The translations under genes were made by a program, and so were the position numbers. This document shows, one piece after another, positions 25,776 to 41,174 of a stretch of DNA of 64,000 nt. Origin of the DNA: Lama glama. Lineage: Eukaryota. The stretch lies in NCBI GenBank assembly GCA_028534125.1, contig CM052816.1, forward strand, positions 85,128,001 through 85,192,000. Direction: 5' to 3'. Numbering within the stretch: position 1 is the first letter of the stretch; each line of letters opens with the position of its first letter. The notes under the pieces are model-generated. The model made no database searches. It was given only the letters and a program-made list of their open reading frames with translations, and was not told the DNA's origin.

Positions 25776-28700
25776 TCAACTTAAAACCTATCTACACAAA
25801 CTGTTCTTTTAAACTGAGAATTTGTTATAAATTCACATCAGTCCTGCTGCAGAGCTACTTCACACTGGAAGTTAAGAATTTCTGTTGGCTAATTTATAAT
25901 GGAGATGGGGAAGATACAACTTTATAGAAATTATACTTTTACCTACGATAATGCTCTACAAGTTAAATAGAATGTTAAATTTAATTTTGAGTAAATTTAT
26001 ATTACATTTATATGTCAAATATTGATCTGCTCTAAAACTTAATTGGAAATACATGTAATTAATATAGAAAACTAAATCTTTCATAATACATACCAATGTT
26101 CAATTCTGAGTTGTCTGGTGAGAATTAATGATAAGAGTTCATTTTAGAAAGACAGGAAATTAGGTAAAAGGAAACTACTTTTCAGAAGGAAATTACAGGC
26201 CATTCACTTTCATGAGAAAATATTTTAGATTTTAGTTTACTTTCTCAGCAGGCACAATTATTTTTATGTTATCAAGACATCAAGAATGCAATAAAATTGC
26301 ATAACAACACTGTAGAATGATAAAAGAAAAATATAACTATTTAGTAATTAACTGTGAGAGTAACAATAATGAAATTAAACTTTCAAGTTTCTTCTAATTA
26401 CAGGAAGTTGACATTCAAGTAAATTAGGAAATTGAGCTTTATGTCTTTAATCTGTTAACAGTGCATTTAAATAAGGTATTTATCCATTACTGGTTATTAC
26501 TTCATTTATAGATTAAACCTAAAATGGATTTGAACAAAAGCATCTTCTGTAACAAAACATAGCTCTTCAAATGAAACACCATTCTCATCAACTCCTATTT
26601 ACCTACAGGTAAGTGAACATATCCAAGATGTTCAAAAAAATTTAATATTTGTAAATAATGCCAAGCTAGATTACTTAAATGTTATGTCACAATTAGTTTA
26701 TTTTGCTCAGAGTATGGATGTGGGATTTTTCTCACTATCAATTAAAAAAAGGATCATCAATTCTTTTCCTTTTTACAATTTTAACTATAGTAGAAATTGG
26801 ACTTCAGAATGTTTGTTGTCTGAATTAAAGTTTTGAGGAGATACAAAGAGGTTCTTTTAATGATAGTAACTCATTTCTTAAGGCAAAACTAAAGCAACTC
26901 TTTTCTTGATTTTTTAAAAGTTGGCTATCTTGTCAGAATGCAATTCGAAATTTTATTCTTTTGCCTCTCAGCTCAAATTCATTTGATTTTCATGTATTTT
27001 TAAACACTTCCAAAGATACTAGGTATCAAAAACCCCAAGATTCCTATTTTTATTAATGCACTAGAGAATCTGTGTTCTACTGTTATTGTATTTGAGGTAA
27101 GATTTAGCAGCCTTGTATTTGAGTTCTGAGCCTTTTTCATGACTCTGCAAAAAGTTAGCCTGAGTACTTATTACCTTATTTTAAAGTAAATATCACTCTC
27201 ACAGAATTTATACTGAGGAAAAATGATAACATGGCTAAGTTCTTTTTGTAACCTGTAAGCTTCTACATACAAGTTATTATTTATATGGACTAAAAGGTCT
27301 CAAGCCTCATTTAAAAATGAAGTTCTTCCAAAGACATTTTTAATAGGTATTTTTCTCTTCATGGAACATGATTTTAAAGTACAATAGAACATGATGCACT
27401 AAAATTATAGCCAAAAGACTGATAATACTGCTCGCTTGATTTTATATTTGTTTTATACACATAACATCTTGAAGCTGTTCCAAATAATTAGCACTTTTAC
27501 GACAAACAAAAAGGACGGGCTATGAATTACAAGTCACATACAGATTATTATTATCATGATGATTATCTCTTTGTATGGAAATTGTAGAAGAAATACACTT
27601 AAAACTAAATATTTTTTTTCTTGCTAGTGTTTATGAGAAGCTTTGTAGAGGCCCTTGATGTTACTAACATCGCTGAAGCCCACCTTCTGCTCTCCTTACC
27701 GTAAACTGGAACTGACAATGTTTGATTTGCCTTCCTAAAATGTCAATGATAATGAAGTCAGATAGTTGTCTATGTGCAATTCTTGTACAAATATAAGGGA
27801 TAATTTTCATTATCCTCATTTTAAATGATCAGAGGTAACATTTGGGAAGCAGAGTGAGTTCCTGATATACTCACTGGTCAACTAATTTTAAGAGATTTCT
27901 ATTTATTTTTTTAATATATGTAACACATCAGTTCTTCCATTTTCTTTCTATATTTAAAAGCTTTGTTTTCAGCTTCATTAACTATACATTTTTTCTTGAG
28001 TTGGTATTTTTGATTTTTTAACTACATGAGTTAAATTTATTAAATTTTAATAAAATTAATGTACAAATTTTATTAAATTTTGTTAAATTATTAATTTATA
28101 TTTTATGACAATGAAACACTTTATGCTATTTATTTTATCTGATTTAGGCTTTGGAAATATCCTACATATTTTAATAGATTGAAATTTCAATCTACTAATA
28201 CTACTGTGTATTCATACTACTGTATTTTTTTTCAAAACTCATCCAACAGAACACTTAAAAAAATTGGTAAACTATTTATTGTATGTATTTAATGTTATAT
28301 GTCAATAATTCTGACTAAAAATTTGATATAAGTACTAAAAAATCCTGAAAAGACACATAATAAAAGAAGAAACAGGAAAAAAAATAAATTTCAATGTTGC
28401 AAACTTATGGTTATTTATTTTTCTCTGATCTAATCACTTTTAAGAGATTTTTTTTCAAATGTAGAAATGGTTGGATTATTTAATAAAAGCATTTGTTGTG
28501 GATAAATGTAAGTTTGGGATTGTATTTTTGTTACTACTTTTTAACCTCGTATTCAGAAAACATGGCCTGTGCAAGTTCTAGTTTATGCAGTTCACTGTGA
28601 TTTTCTGAGTACTCTAATATAAAAATCATCTTTGTGTTGGTTTCATGGACATGAGAAAACATATCCTCAATGTGTTCTCAACTTTTCATTTTTATCCAGA

Positions 28701-29697
28701 ATAAGAAATATGTTTTATATTAAAATGACACAAGTATATATATACACATATACAGTAAATGTAGAAGAGTTTATGAAAATATGCATAGTTTCTGAAAAAC
28801 AATACATTGTATTCTATTCCATTTTATTTATCTTTTAATATCTGGTTGTAACATTAAAATGATTTTCTGACCCATGGTTTGAGAAATATTTTGTTTGAAA
28901 TATGTCATTATTTACTTATATTAAGAAAAAAATCTGTTTTTCCCTTATGTTCATGGAAACATTAAAAAGATATATTGATTCCCAGTGTATCAAATAACCT
29001 CTGCATTATCAGCCAAATTTTTTCTACTCAATGCCCATTTTGTGGCTCTGATCACACTATTTTTTTTCAAATAATTAGATTTGGTGAGAACTTACAAACT
29101 ATCACTTTCATTAGTTAGGCAATATTTTTAATCACAAATTAATTCTTAAAGCCAAAAAAAAACCTTAGACATTTGCTTATAACGTCTCCACCCACCAATA
29201 AGCTTTCCTTTTGCAAACCTACTGAAAGGGAACCACATGTTAATCAAGTTCATCAGGCTGTGGAATTAATTTGCACACTTATTTCCTACTATTTAAAACC
29301 GTCATTCTTTTTCCCATGTTTTATTTTAAGCTCTGTCAGTCATTTCTAAATAAACTTATATTCCATTTTATAGCTGAAAATATACTGATAACTACATATA
29401 AATGAAAGAATTATGGATGAAAGGAAAATCCCCTTAAGTACTTTATTATAGTATATTAGGTGAAAATAAGGCACAAAAATAGAGTATTAATTTAAACTAA
29501 TACATCAAATACATATGTAGTTGTTTGTGAATCATAACAATTTACAAATAGCCTTATAAAATGTTACATCTACCTCTAAACTTTAAAAAAAGAAACTTTG
29601 TATCTCAAATCCTTTACACTTTTTATTATTTAATTTTATTGCAAGATAACTGTTTTAAAAGAGTAATTTTGACAAAAATCTCACTTCTAAAACAGAG

Positions 29698-30722
29698 TGT
29701 GTGAGTCATCTATCAGTGTATCTCATCACTTCAAAATTGAAAAAAATTTCCTCACAATATGTGGGGTCACACGTTTCGGCTACTCTTGCTCAACTCAAAG
29801 GGCTTCTGCTTGTTTGGTGTGATACATTCATGAAGTTGCCTTCATCTTCAGCTGTTTCATCTAAGATTGCCTCATTCACATGTCTAGTGTTTGGTGGTGA
29901 AATTTTCCCCAGCTTTGCTGATGCATAATTCACATATAGGATTGTGTAAATTTAAGGGTACATCATATAGATTTGATAAATGTATAAATTACAAAATGAT
30001 TAGTACATTGAGTTAGCTAACGCCACTATCACATAACATAATTACCATTTCTTTTTTGTGAGAACTTTTAAAATGTACTCTCAACAACTTTCAAGTACAT
30101 GACACATTATTGTTAACTATAATAAAAATGCTGTGCATTAGATCCCCAGAACTTATTCTTCTAACTGGAAGTTTGTGGTCTTTGACTAACATCTCCCCAT
30201 ATACGCCAACCCCTGGCAACAACCATTCTATTGTTTCTTCAAGTTTGACTTCAATATTCCACATATAAGTGAGCTCATATGGTATTTGTCTTTCTCTTCC
30301 TGACATTTCGTTTAGCTTAATGTTTTCAAGGTCTATTCGTGTTGTCGCTATTGGCAGGATTTTCTTCCTTCTCATATCTGAAAAACAGTCACGTACCTCT
30401 ACTCTTCACTAAGTCTCTTTCTGCATGTGGCCTCATCCTCAAAGAGACTACGCAGGACTTCTTTTTATAGTCCTCTCAGACGCTGAGGAACCAGTGTGTG
30501 AGAGTCAAAGAAGCAAGACCTCTTTGAGGCCCCTTCTCAGAAGTCCTACAGCATCAACCCCCATGCTATCCTGTTGGTCAAACCAAAGCATAAGGTAAGC
30601 TAAGATTCAGTGGACTGTAGAAATAGATCTTATTTCTTAATAGTAAGAATATCAAAGTCATATTTCAAAGGGGGTGCATAGAAGTGTAGTATGAACTTAT
30701 GGACATTTGTGCCATGTACCAT
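29698..30722 (-). mobile_element. MLT1 (G/H-like) LTR interrupted by an L1 insertion
   Basis: 'catctaagattgcctcattcacatgtctagtg' lies left of the L1; 'catgtggcctcatcctc...tcctgttggtcaaaccaaagcataaggtaagctaagattcag' lies right of it. Confidence 0.72.
29902..30390 (-). mobile_element. L1MA (L1MA9-like) 3' end
   Basis: 'gctgtgcattagatccccagaacttattc' and 'ttccacatataagtgagctcatatggtatttgtctttctc'; accounts for ORF 30091..30375. Confidence 0.88.
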
Positions 30723-31212
30723 AAAACAGAGCTCAAACTTTAGTAATACTGAGATACCCTTTATGCACTCATGCCGGCATGATTTTAAAAAATGATTTAA
30801 ATTACATATCCACTAACATAACTTGTTTCTAAAATCCTCTTATTCAATTTTCACCTAAAATCAATGTAAAAATTACATAAAACAAAAATCAAAATCCTAT
30901 AAAATCTAATTAAGCATATTATCTTGATATCGTGGTAATTTTCTCTTGGCTCAATTTTCCAGTCTTGGTTTAATAAGAAAAACATGAATTTATATTTTCT
31001 GTATTTGCTTTTTGATTGATTCTTTTTAATTTTAAGGATGATAAAACATCATATTAATAAACATTAATCATCATCACTGCAGAATAAGTATTTCTATTTT
31101 AATAGTAAGTTAAAATAACCAATTATTTGCTCAGCTTTGAAGAAGCAATCTGTTTGATCCAGAATACCATACTAAAGAAAAAAATGTTCCATGAATATTT
31201 CTCGTAGATAAT

Positions 31213-31740
31213 TGTAACGGGCATATTGTTTTGGCTGTTCAGCATGTGCCACCTGTTCTTATAGCATCTTTATTTTTGGTGAAATGTTTTTCCATTTTTG
31301 GTTCAGGAGAGATTCATTTCTTTATCTCAGCTATAACCGTATCATCTAGGTATGCCCATTAAGTATCTTCCTTTCCTCTGGGAACTGATCATGCTTTAGG
31401 CATGATCTGGTAAATCAACTTGGGCAAGAGTAAGGCTGGTGATTTTTAATAGAAATATTGACATCTTTTGTTTTTGCTTTTTTTTTTTTTTTTGAGGTGC
31501 TGGTGGCAGTCTTTTGTGCAATGTGAACCTAGCTTACCCTGATCCTGCAGCCAACACACTTGGAAATAGAGCTATAGGACAAAACATGCAGTGTCTTGAT
31601 GATATTCACAAAGTCCAGAATCCAGCATGCTTCACATCGGATCTACCTCTGGATTCATGAACCATTAAACTTCTAGTTTTGCTTAAATCAGTTAGAATTG
31701 GTTTTCTATTATAAACCATCAGAAGTACAAACAAATGAAA
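31213..31740 (+). mobile_element. Old ERVL-class solo LTR (LTR33-like)
   Basis: Starts 'tgtaacgggcatattgttttggctgttcagcat'; 3' part 'catgaaccattaaacttctagttttgcttaaatcagttagaattggttttct'. Confidence 0.6.
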
Positions 31741-33785
31741 TATTTGTCAATAATCTTATGTGAATGTGGCACCACAAGTGGTGAGGGGTAAATAGGCAAT
31801 CAGTAGTGAACCTATTAACTTTCTGGAGACTATAAGTTCATTTTTATTTTAATGTCTATTCTGTGTAACAAACATGCTCTATTATTGCCTTTGCTGTTTG
31901 GAATACCATAAAAACTCTGTTTGTAGAGCCTGGCGTGATGTTATTTACCCTCTATTTGGCATGGATACATAATTTGCATATTAAATTGAATAATGTTATT
32001 TAAATTAAATTATTACTTCCTCACATTTTCACTGTGTCAAGATAAAATTTTAATAATACACTTTATAGAATTAAAATGTAAACACATTTCATCTGAGTTT
32101 ATCAGGGCAAAGGCAGTGGTAAGACATGACTACATGAACAGCTAGGCAAGCTTGCAACTACATCAGGGTGTGTGGCAGAGAACAGTTATAAGCTTTGTAA
32201 TCGTTTTTAGATAACTACACTTTCTTATAATAATTTTTCTTTAAACTTTTATTTTTATTTAATTGTTTCTCAAAAATGATTTGAAGAACTCTTTAGGAAA
32301 TCTATTTTTAAATATAAATATAGGTAAAGTATTTTGTCTATTCATAAATTATCATCTTTTTTTCAAATTGTCAGGCTTAACTTCCGAATAAATGGTAATG
32401 AGATTTGTTTCATTGATCATTGTCATTGATTAATGTTGGTAACTGTTCCAAGAAAGCTTATATTTCATCTATGTAAAATTTCCAAATAACCTCTAATTGA
32501 TACTGCAACTGCGTATCGATATTCCTTAAGGAGTCTATAGTTTTCATTCCCGCTGTCAAAAGTACCTGCTACCCCAGGAAATCAGTACACTTATATTTCA
32601 ACTTTGAATCAAAACAAAATAAGTGTCTCAATACAAACAGTAATAAATGCTTCACTGCTTTTTCCTCACACAATATATTCAAATATTGTCTAAGTATATT
32701 TTGTAAAAAAAATGTGAGATACAAAGAAGAAAAAAAAGGTGAAGTGATGATTAAGGAAGGAGAGACAGTAGAATAAAGATAAAAAGGGAATAAGAAATTT
32801 TAAAAGTATAAATAGTATAAAATGCTAAGTTGCCAGGACATATATTTATGATTCTAAGAAATCTAACATAAACAGTAAAGATTTAGAATGGTCTAACTTC
32901 CTTAATGATGTCAGAAAAAGTTTCTGTAAATTATATTTCACTTTTTTGGTTGTTTTATGTATTTTTTGTTGTTGTTGTTTCATGTTATTTTTCCCCCTTG
33001 GGGATGCCAATCCTATGCATATAGGATATATGCATTCCGTGGAATCACCATGAGCCAAAAACAGTTGTCCACATTAAACATATCCTAATTAAGTTTATGG
33101 CCATTAAGTATAAAAAAGCATCCTGTGGAAAGTCAAGCAAAGTTTTCTATGTTGCTTTTAAGCAGAAAAAGATTCCAAGCCTCCACACAGACAATGAAAT
33201 CAAACGAAAACTCAGCAATATTACAGGATAGTCAGTGGAAACAAGGAAGGCAGTAAGAACCTTTATTGAGAGAGGATATGTTCAAATATAAATTTAATAG
33301 TTCTATCAAACTATGTCAAAGAATATTGTTTCCATGAACCTTCTTCAAGAAAACATTTGAAAGATTAACTATCTCCCAATAAAAATGACCTGTGAAACTA
33401 TGGCAAAAGATCAGAGTGTTGGTACATTTAACTGCAGAGCTAAGATGAAAATCAACGTGGCGTATGACAACAGAACGTGTGCTTGTGTCCTTTCTGACCA
33501 ATGTCGACATGATGCAAGAGAAATATATTATTGACCATAAGATAAGCTTGCTTATTGTTATTTTTTAATAGTCAGAAGACATAAATAATTATGTTAGTAT
33601 GGCAAATGAAGGTTATAAGTATATTTAAAGTATAAAGGTAAACACAAAGAACAATAATTAGTTTGGTTAAAATTAAGTGGTGGGAAACAGACAATTTAGG
33701 GAGAACAGAGAAAAACTAATAGAAAAGAAAACATGTGTATTTATATACATACATATCATATATTTTGTCAGAGGTTCCCAAGACA

Positions 33786-34516
33786 CTTATTCAACATAGT
33801 TTTGGAAGTCCTAGCCACAGCAACAGAGAAGAAAAAGAAAAAGGACTGCAAATTGGAAAAGAAAAGTTAAAATTGTCATTGTTTGCAGATGACATAACAC
33901 CTTACATAGAAAATCCTAAAGAGTCTACTGGAAGCCTACTAGGGCTCGTCAGTAAATTCAGTAAAGTTGCAGGATACAAAATTAGTAGACAGAAATCAGG
34001 TGCATTTCTACACACTAACAATGAAATATCAGAAAAGGAAATTAAGGAAGCAATCTCATTTATCATCGAATCAAAAATAACAAAATACCTAGAAATAAAC
34101 CTATCTAAGGAGGCAAAGAACCTGTGCTCTAAAAACTATAAGACACCAATGAAAGAAATGGAAGACGACACACACAGATGGAAAGATTTACCATGTTTCT
34201 GATTTGGAAGAAACAATATTGGTTTGGTTTGTTTTTTAGATTCCACGTATAAGTGTGATTAGGCAGTACTTGCCTTTCTCAGTCTGACTTATCTGACTTA
34301 GCATATATGCGCTACAGTGTTCATTGTAGCTTTATCATAGCAAAGATACAGAAGAACCCAAGTGTCTATTAGTAGACACATAGATACAAAAGATGTGGTG
34401 TATATATACACAATGGAATATATACAATGGAATATTGCTCAGCCATTGAAAAATGAAATATTGTCATTTGTGACAACATGGATGGATCCAGAGGGTATTA
34501 TGCTAAGTGAAATAAA
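33786..34516 (+). mobile_element. LINE-1 ORF2 RT fragment (~33786-34221), short inverted 3' piece (~34234-34284) and sense 3' piece, within older L1M sequence (~33100-35400)
   Basis: ORF 33735..34202 contains GLQIGKEKLKLSLFADDITPYIENP...FSKVAGYKI (L1 RT YADD region). 'ttttagattccacgtataagtgtgattaggcagtacttgcctttctc' is antisense L1 3' sequence. Confidence 0.9.
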
Positions 34517-36204
34517 ATGATTTTAAACATGTATAACATTTTTACTAAAACCTAACAAAGATTGCCCCCTAGAAGAAGTAACTGCATATAAACATTACAG
34601 ATATTAATATAAAATTCTTAAACATTAGCAAACAGAATTTAGCAGACTGTTAAGATATGACTTAAGTTAATTTGTCCCAGAAATACAAAAGTAATTCAAT
34701 GGAATATACATAATAAATATTCATTTAGTAATAAACTTAATGAGAAGACATCTTTTCACAATGAAAAGGTATTTGACAAAATTCAACACATGTGCTATAT
34801 AACATTTAAAAATTAACAGGAACTACCTTAATGAGATAAAGCACATCTAAGCCCCAAAGCAAACATTACATACAATAGGGAAACAATGAAATACCTGAGA
34901 CACATCCACTAAAGCCAGGACCAAAACAACAATAAGGACTGGCTACTGGGCCTATTTACCATCCTTTTGGGCATATTAGCTTACATTGAAAGAGGGAAGA
35001 AATTAGAAATGTAACAATTGGGAAGCAACAGGTAAACTGTTGCTATTCACCACTGATTTGTTAGTATAATGGAATGATTTTCAGAATCAAGTATAAATTG
35101 TAAGCAATAAGAGAACACTGTCAAGGGACAGTATAAAATTAACCTATAGAACATTGCTCCCTTTCTCTGTGTGGGCATGTGTATCAGATGAAAGATTCAA
35201 TGTATTTATTTATAACTATATGGATATGTATACATATGCATATACCTCAGGTAAAATACGTAAGATTCATTTTACAATAAAAAACAAAAGTACTTAAGAA
35301 AATTAACAAAACTACACACTGTTCTGTAAGGATAAATATGAACACTACTGAAAGTATTCAAAAGGAATTCCATTAAAATGATACTTAATTAGAATAGTTA
35401 AACTAGATTTTAGTAATCTGCCCCATTTTCTTGACTTAGAATTCTTTTAAAGTGAAGAGTATTTGAGTTAATTGATGCAGTATAGTTGTGGTGACTTTGG
35501 GTGAGCAATACTCACTCCAAAAATGTTTTCTGAGTTCTCACCCTCTCTTCCCACCCCCTCATGTGATACATCTGCCTTAGAAACAGCAAAAAGGAACAAA
35601 GCTTGCATTTGAAACACAGCAGGAATAGAGGCTCATTTGTTGTTGCACAAAGATTTATGTCAAGCAAATAAAAAGGATGCTAACCTCCTCTGGTGGACAG
35701 CAACGCCTCCATCTAAATGCTACTATGGTTGGTCTCAGGCTTTGAAAAACTCTCAGTCAGAATGTTCATCACAGAATGGCAATGTGACAACTGGGTGTGT
35801 TTAATGTCATTTATCCATAGAAAAGGCGAAAAATTGCCCCAAACAGCCTCTGAGAAACAGTATCCCTTTCCACTAATATTTCTATTATCTGGCTTATTGT
35901 TCTATTAAAATATTTTTTCCAAGATAGCAATGCTTTCTGTATGCTGTCTGTATTCAGAAATGTTTATAGAAAAAGATATAATGTATGTAATGATTATTTA
36001 GAAGGTAATTCATGTGGCCTATAGATCAGCTGACATTAAAAGTAGTCCTAATTTCAGTCTCAGCTTTTGACAGAGCATATAAAAATGAAACTTGATGTTG
36101 TAAAGAATGAGGCCATGTCACCTGAGTCTTGGAATCAGGAGTCTGGTTTACTTCTAAAGCAGCATTATTATCAATATGATTTAATATTAAATAAGTTACT
36201 GCAT

Positions 36205-36445
36205 AGACGATAAAATCATAAATTTTCAAACCAAGCTGCCTAAGTTTGAATTCTGGATACTCAACGTATGATTGTGCGACCTCAGGCAAATTACTTTCTG
36301 CACTCAGTTTCTTCATCTGTGGAATGGGGTAATAGAAGTAACTCCCAAAATGATAGCCATTAGAAATAAAAAAAGATAAATCTGATGCAATCAGGAAAAT
36401 GTTTAGCACCTAATCAGCACTTAGTAAGTGTTAGGTATCTTTACT
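36205..36445 (+). mobile_element. MIR SINE
   Basis: Core 'gtgcgacctcaggcaaattactttctgcactcagtttcttcatctgtggaatggggtaata'; 3' 'cagcacttagtaagtgttag'. Confidence 0.85.
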
Positions 36446-39400
36446 ACTAACATTATTGTTATTATTAACCCTTTTATCAAGATGTAGTACACCAAAAATT
36501 GATTAGCCACACAGAACACTAAACAATTACATTGCCTAGTTCTCTAAAATTGTTTTGCCCATTTCTTAACATTAAACTAATACTTCATAGCAGTCAATAA
36601 ATTTGAGGTAGATCTTCCAATTTCTTGTATTACTATTTCAGTTGTGCTTCTAATTTGCTAGTCACAGGCCATGTCAATTCTTGATATGCCTGGTTATTAA
36701 AAAATGAAAACACTTACCTATCAGCCTCAAGGTCAAGATAGAAGATTGAGCACATATTAAGATATCTCCTACTGCTCAAAACTCATTAGTGTAGTCAGAA
36801 TACATTTTAAAATACATTCCCAAATATAACAAAGAGAAATCTCCAGAACCGGAATGGAGAGGAAATCTAACACCAAATGTAGGAGAAATAAAGTTGAAAA
36901 TGATTGCTGTGCAGACATCAAAGGCAGATGTTAGGGGTTGTGGTTTGAAAGCCATTATTGGATAGGATCTAGAGCTATGCCCCAGAGTACCTCAGAGCCC
37001 GCTCTGGGCTTCCAGAAGCCCAGAAGCATTATGCACAAATGGGGACAAAGTTAACTTTTTCGACCTTAGCTGTGTTTGCAGCGAAAAATAAATTGCCCAT
37101 CCTTCATGGAGCTGATCCGGTGGAAAAACTGATTCAAGGCAGGAGAGATACACACATACACACAAAATATAAACTGCCACCACATGGGATGTGCCAGAGT
37201 GACCTTCTGGAAAGATATTATCCAGGAATGATAAACTCAAAGAAACAAAGTGAGAAAGTTGAAAATCATGAAAAACATTGTAGTCACTTCCAAAAATGTG
37301 AGAATTCAAACCAATGTATGCAAGATTATATAGAAATCTTAAATGTACATATATGCAAAATTTAAGACATAAAATCTATTCATATTACCCATTGAGCACA
37401 AAAAAGGTATATTCAACAAAAAACATATTTAAAGTAATAAAGAAGGAATATATCACAATGGTACTAATAATGGTTAAAGTATTTGAGTGCATAACATATT
37501 CTTTTTCAAAGGCCTCTATATGCTGTATCTCATTTAATCTCTTTAAAACTGTATTAGCCTCATTTTTACAAATGATGAAACACCCAAAAATTTATACAAC
37601 AGCAAATATAACTGAAAGTCTTTGAGAACATATTTAAATGTAGAATGTTTAATATCCATATTACGTCAATCATTACAACAGTTAAAATACACATTGTATC
37701 TGTGAAGCTACTTTTCTAGTGAGTGAGCCAACTTGATAAAATTCAAGTGACCTATCCTGATGCTGGAGTAAGGCACAGAGAAGAGAATGATCAGTGTCCT
37801 TTATCCGTCCCAAACAGCCATGTTGCAGCTGAGTATCTAACGTGGATTATAATTAGCTCTCATTGTTGTGGGAAAAAGGCCAAAAATTGTGATACTGACA
37901 AAAATGTGCTAAGTGTAAATAATAGACAGATATTTTCAGATCAATTCCTTAGAGAAAATTCATAAACTGTGGTAAAACATTGTGTCAAATATTATATATA
38001 TGTGTATACATATATTTTTTCTGGTTTGTTTACATTAATTTAAGATTTTTAGAAACATATGCAGAATAATTTAGGCCTTAAGTTTCAGACAAACATTTCA
38101 GTGACAAAATATCAGGATCTTAAATGATTTTTTTATCATTTATGCTTTTTCTGTTTTAGGGTAAGGTGATAGCCTGTGCCATTCATGATTCAAATGTATG
38201 CCTCACAGGAGAACTTCAACAATCTTATCAATTGGGTTACTCTAGAATTTCTCAATACACGTTAAGACTCCTAGTAGGAGACATTCTTTTTACTGCAAAT
38301 AACAAGTTAAAGCTATTTTTGTCATTCCTCAAATCAAATAATGTGATTTTAGATAAATATAAGTATAATTTCTGATCTATTCGTTTTCTTTGTACCTCTC
38401 CTACACTTTACTGTAAAGCTTGTGATAATTTCAAAAAGGACTAACATTTTGTTTTCAGCAGTTACCTGCCTCCCCAAATGTTCTTTATTTCCCCCCTTTT
38501 GGCACTGTTTTAGGGATCCAGTGCTCTCGTTCCACTCCATCTCTCAACCTTTTTCTCTATGTCTCCTGCTCCATTATCTTTCCACAAAATATTGCTTTAG
38601 TTCTCTGACAATGTATTCAGTATGTATACACTTTCCTTCTACTGTCATGTTTATTCATTATATTAATGTGTAAACAAATTCATGGTGATATATTAATGGC
38701 TATGGACAGCAGATTAGTCCTACTTCCAGTTAATGTGTGAACCTAACAGGGATTTCCTAGCTATCATTTTCAGCCTCACATCTTCGCCATGACGACCCTC
38801 AGCCTGAAGCAGGTTTTATCTGACACAATGAAACATATGTGAGAAGAAGTTCAAGCACATGGCTAGCCATGAGCTATATACTTTGGGGTAAGTGAAGTCT
38901 TGAGGCAACCATCAAACATATACTCAAGTCAGTTATTTATTTTTGTAGTTGAGTGGTAATTCGCTCCTCTATCAAAGAAAAATTAGAGTGTTAGAGCTTA
39001 CATTTCCCCATGGTCCATTAAAAGGTGGTAGTTAGAGCAGCCCCGTAAGATGCAATGGAAATGATTGTTTGTTATCTGCATCTATACAGTTATTATGTGT
39101 GTGTGTGTATATATATACATACACCTCAGATATGTTAAAAAATGTTAGTAACTTAATTGAGGGTAGAAACCTTAACATTTACTGGGGTTATTACACTGTC
39201 CTCCATTCAAAGCCTTGAAAGGCTGATTCTTCACTTTGTCTGCTGAAGCACAATGGACAGAATTTGAAGCACATGAGACGTGAGTAAATACAAACGGAGA
39301 GAGGCTGCTTTAAAACCTCGCCCTACATTCCTCCTACTGGCATAAGCCCACCATCCGTTACAGGTTTAAGTAGTCTAGAGTGTTTGAAAAATTATTGTTT

Positions 39401-41174
39401 AAGTTCAAGCCTTCCGGAAACAGGCACAATTTTTTCCCTTCGCTTTATTTGAAAATTTGGAACTTGTAAAAAATCACAAAGTCAACTACAGGTCAATGTC
39501 CCCAAACTAATGCTATTATATCAGCAATATGTAACACACACGAATGGGTTTATCATGACTGCGATATCCTTAAACTAGTCATTAGTGTCCTCAAAGCAAA
39601 GTCACTGTAGTCATGGTAATAAACCACATTGTTTGTGACATCCCATTCAGAATCATTTATATGTTCACAGGGGAACAATGGTCATCAAATCATCAGGCAA
39701 CAGAAGCTGTCCAGCAACAGTAAAATCAGGGATATATTTAGCATTATAGAAAAGTTAGAATCAGAAAGTCTCTTCTGATAACTCAGAAGGTCCTCATTCA
39801 GATGAAAATACCACTTTTGCGGGGTAGAGAGAATATATTTGAAATAGAAAACATTTTCTGAGGTATGTGGCAGGTTAAATACTAAGAAGAATGATGTGTG
39901 AAGAGAAGAAATTAGGTTCACTTATATAGAATAACTGTGCAAAAAAATGTATTGCAAATTGAAAAAGCATACATTAAAACAGCAGCTAGACATTTAAATT
40001 TTTAAATAAAATTTTGAAAATATTTGCATGCAGTTCAATGAACTCATCTCTGGACATAGGGAAATGCAAGATGAACTAAAATGTGCTTTGAAAATGATAA
40101 GTAAGTCATATCAATTTAAAAAATCAATCATGCATATATATTGTCTGTCTCATATTACATGATATATAATTGAATTGAGTACAGGGTTTGAGGCATTTGA
40201 AATAATAATCACATAGTGAACAGATAAATCACAGAAATATTTGGATTATACATATATTTATTCTTCTTTTCATAGGTAGATAAGAAACCTCTAATCCAGA
40301 CATGATAAACTTCCTTCAAATGTATCTTTAGTAAATATCTGCAGAGTTTTATTCAAGGAAATGTAACACCAAGAAGGTCTTTACTGAATGAAAAGCATAG
40401 TTTATGTAATGTTATTAGGAGAACACATGACATTATCACTAAAAAGTGAATTTGCAAAGGAAAGCTGAATTTGTGCCACACAGAAAAGTGTATTCCTAAA
40501 TCAGAATGTCTGTTATAAAGCATTTTCATAAACATGGTTCCTCTTGTAATATGGGTGTTTAAATGGGCTTTTTCAATCAAAAGACCTGAAAGACAGTATA
40601 GACATTTTCGATTACTTATCAATGCTTTCCTTCTGTTCCCCACTTAATTTTTTCTCTCCCAGAATATGGTTAAATTGAAAGAAAAAGCTAAGGTCAACAA
40701 AAATTTGGATCCATTATCCTAAGACTGTTTTTTCCCCATTCCTTATAACTATCTTTCATTTGATAATTCAACTATAGCTTTGTTGGTAAAAGAACAGAGA
40801 TCAACAGAATATAAAAATTAAAGATGTGTTCATTTTAAATCTTGATATTTTGTATTATAATATTGAATTAAATCAAGAACTCATAAAGGATATGAAGTAA
40901 AGAAAGAGACGGGAGATATGATACTTCTGTGTTCTTGGTGACCTAATCTTATCATCAACTAATTCATTTCTTACTGTAAAATTTTAAATCTCAATTATCA
41001 AGAAGTGAAGGTTTCAAAGTGTTAGTATTTGGCAATATCCCAAATGTAAGACTGAAAAAAAAATCATTGAAAGCAGTTGGCTTTTTGCCTTGTTTGAATA
41101 ACACATTTAAATCCTATGCCAGCAATTAATAGCAAGAGTAGGCAAATGCCCAAATATTATATTACTCACTTTTT

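Noticed and set aside
26512..26608. Exon-like segment with tag| acceptor and CAG|GTAAGT donor
   Set aside because: Stops in all three frames and no partner exons; cannot be supported without transcript data.
28175..28194. Perfect 20-bp palindrome tagattgaaatttcaatcta
   Set aside because: Not unexpected by chance in 64 kb of AT-rich DNA; no associated structure.
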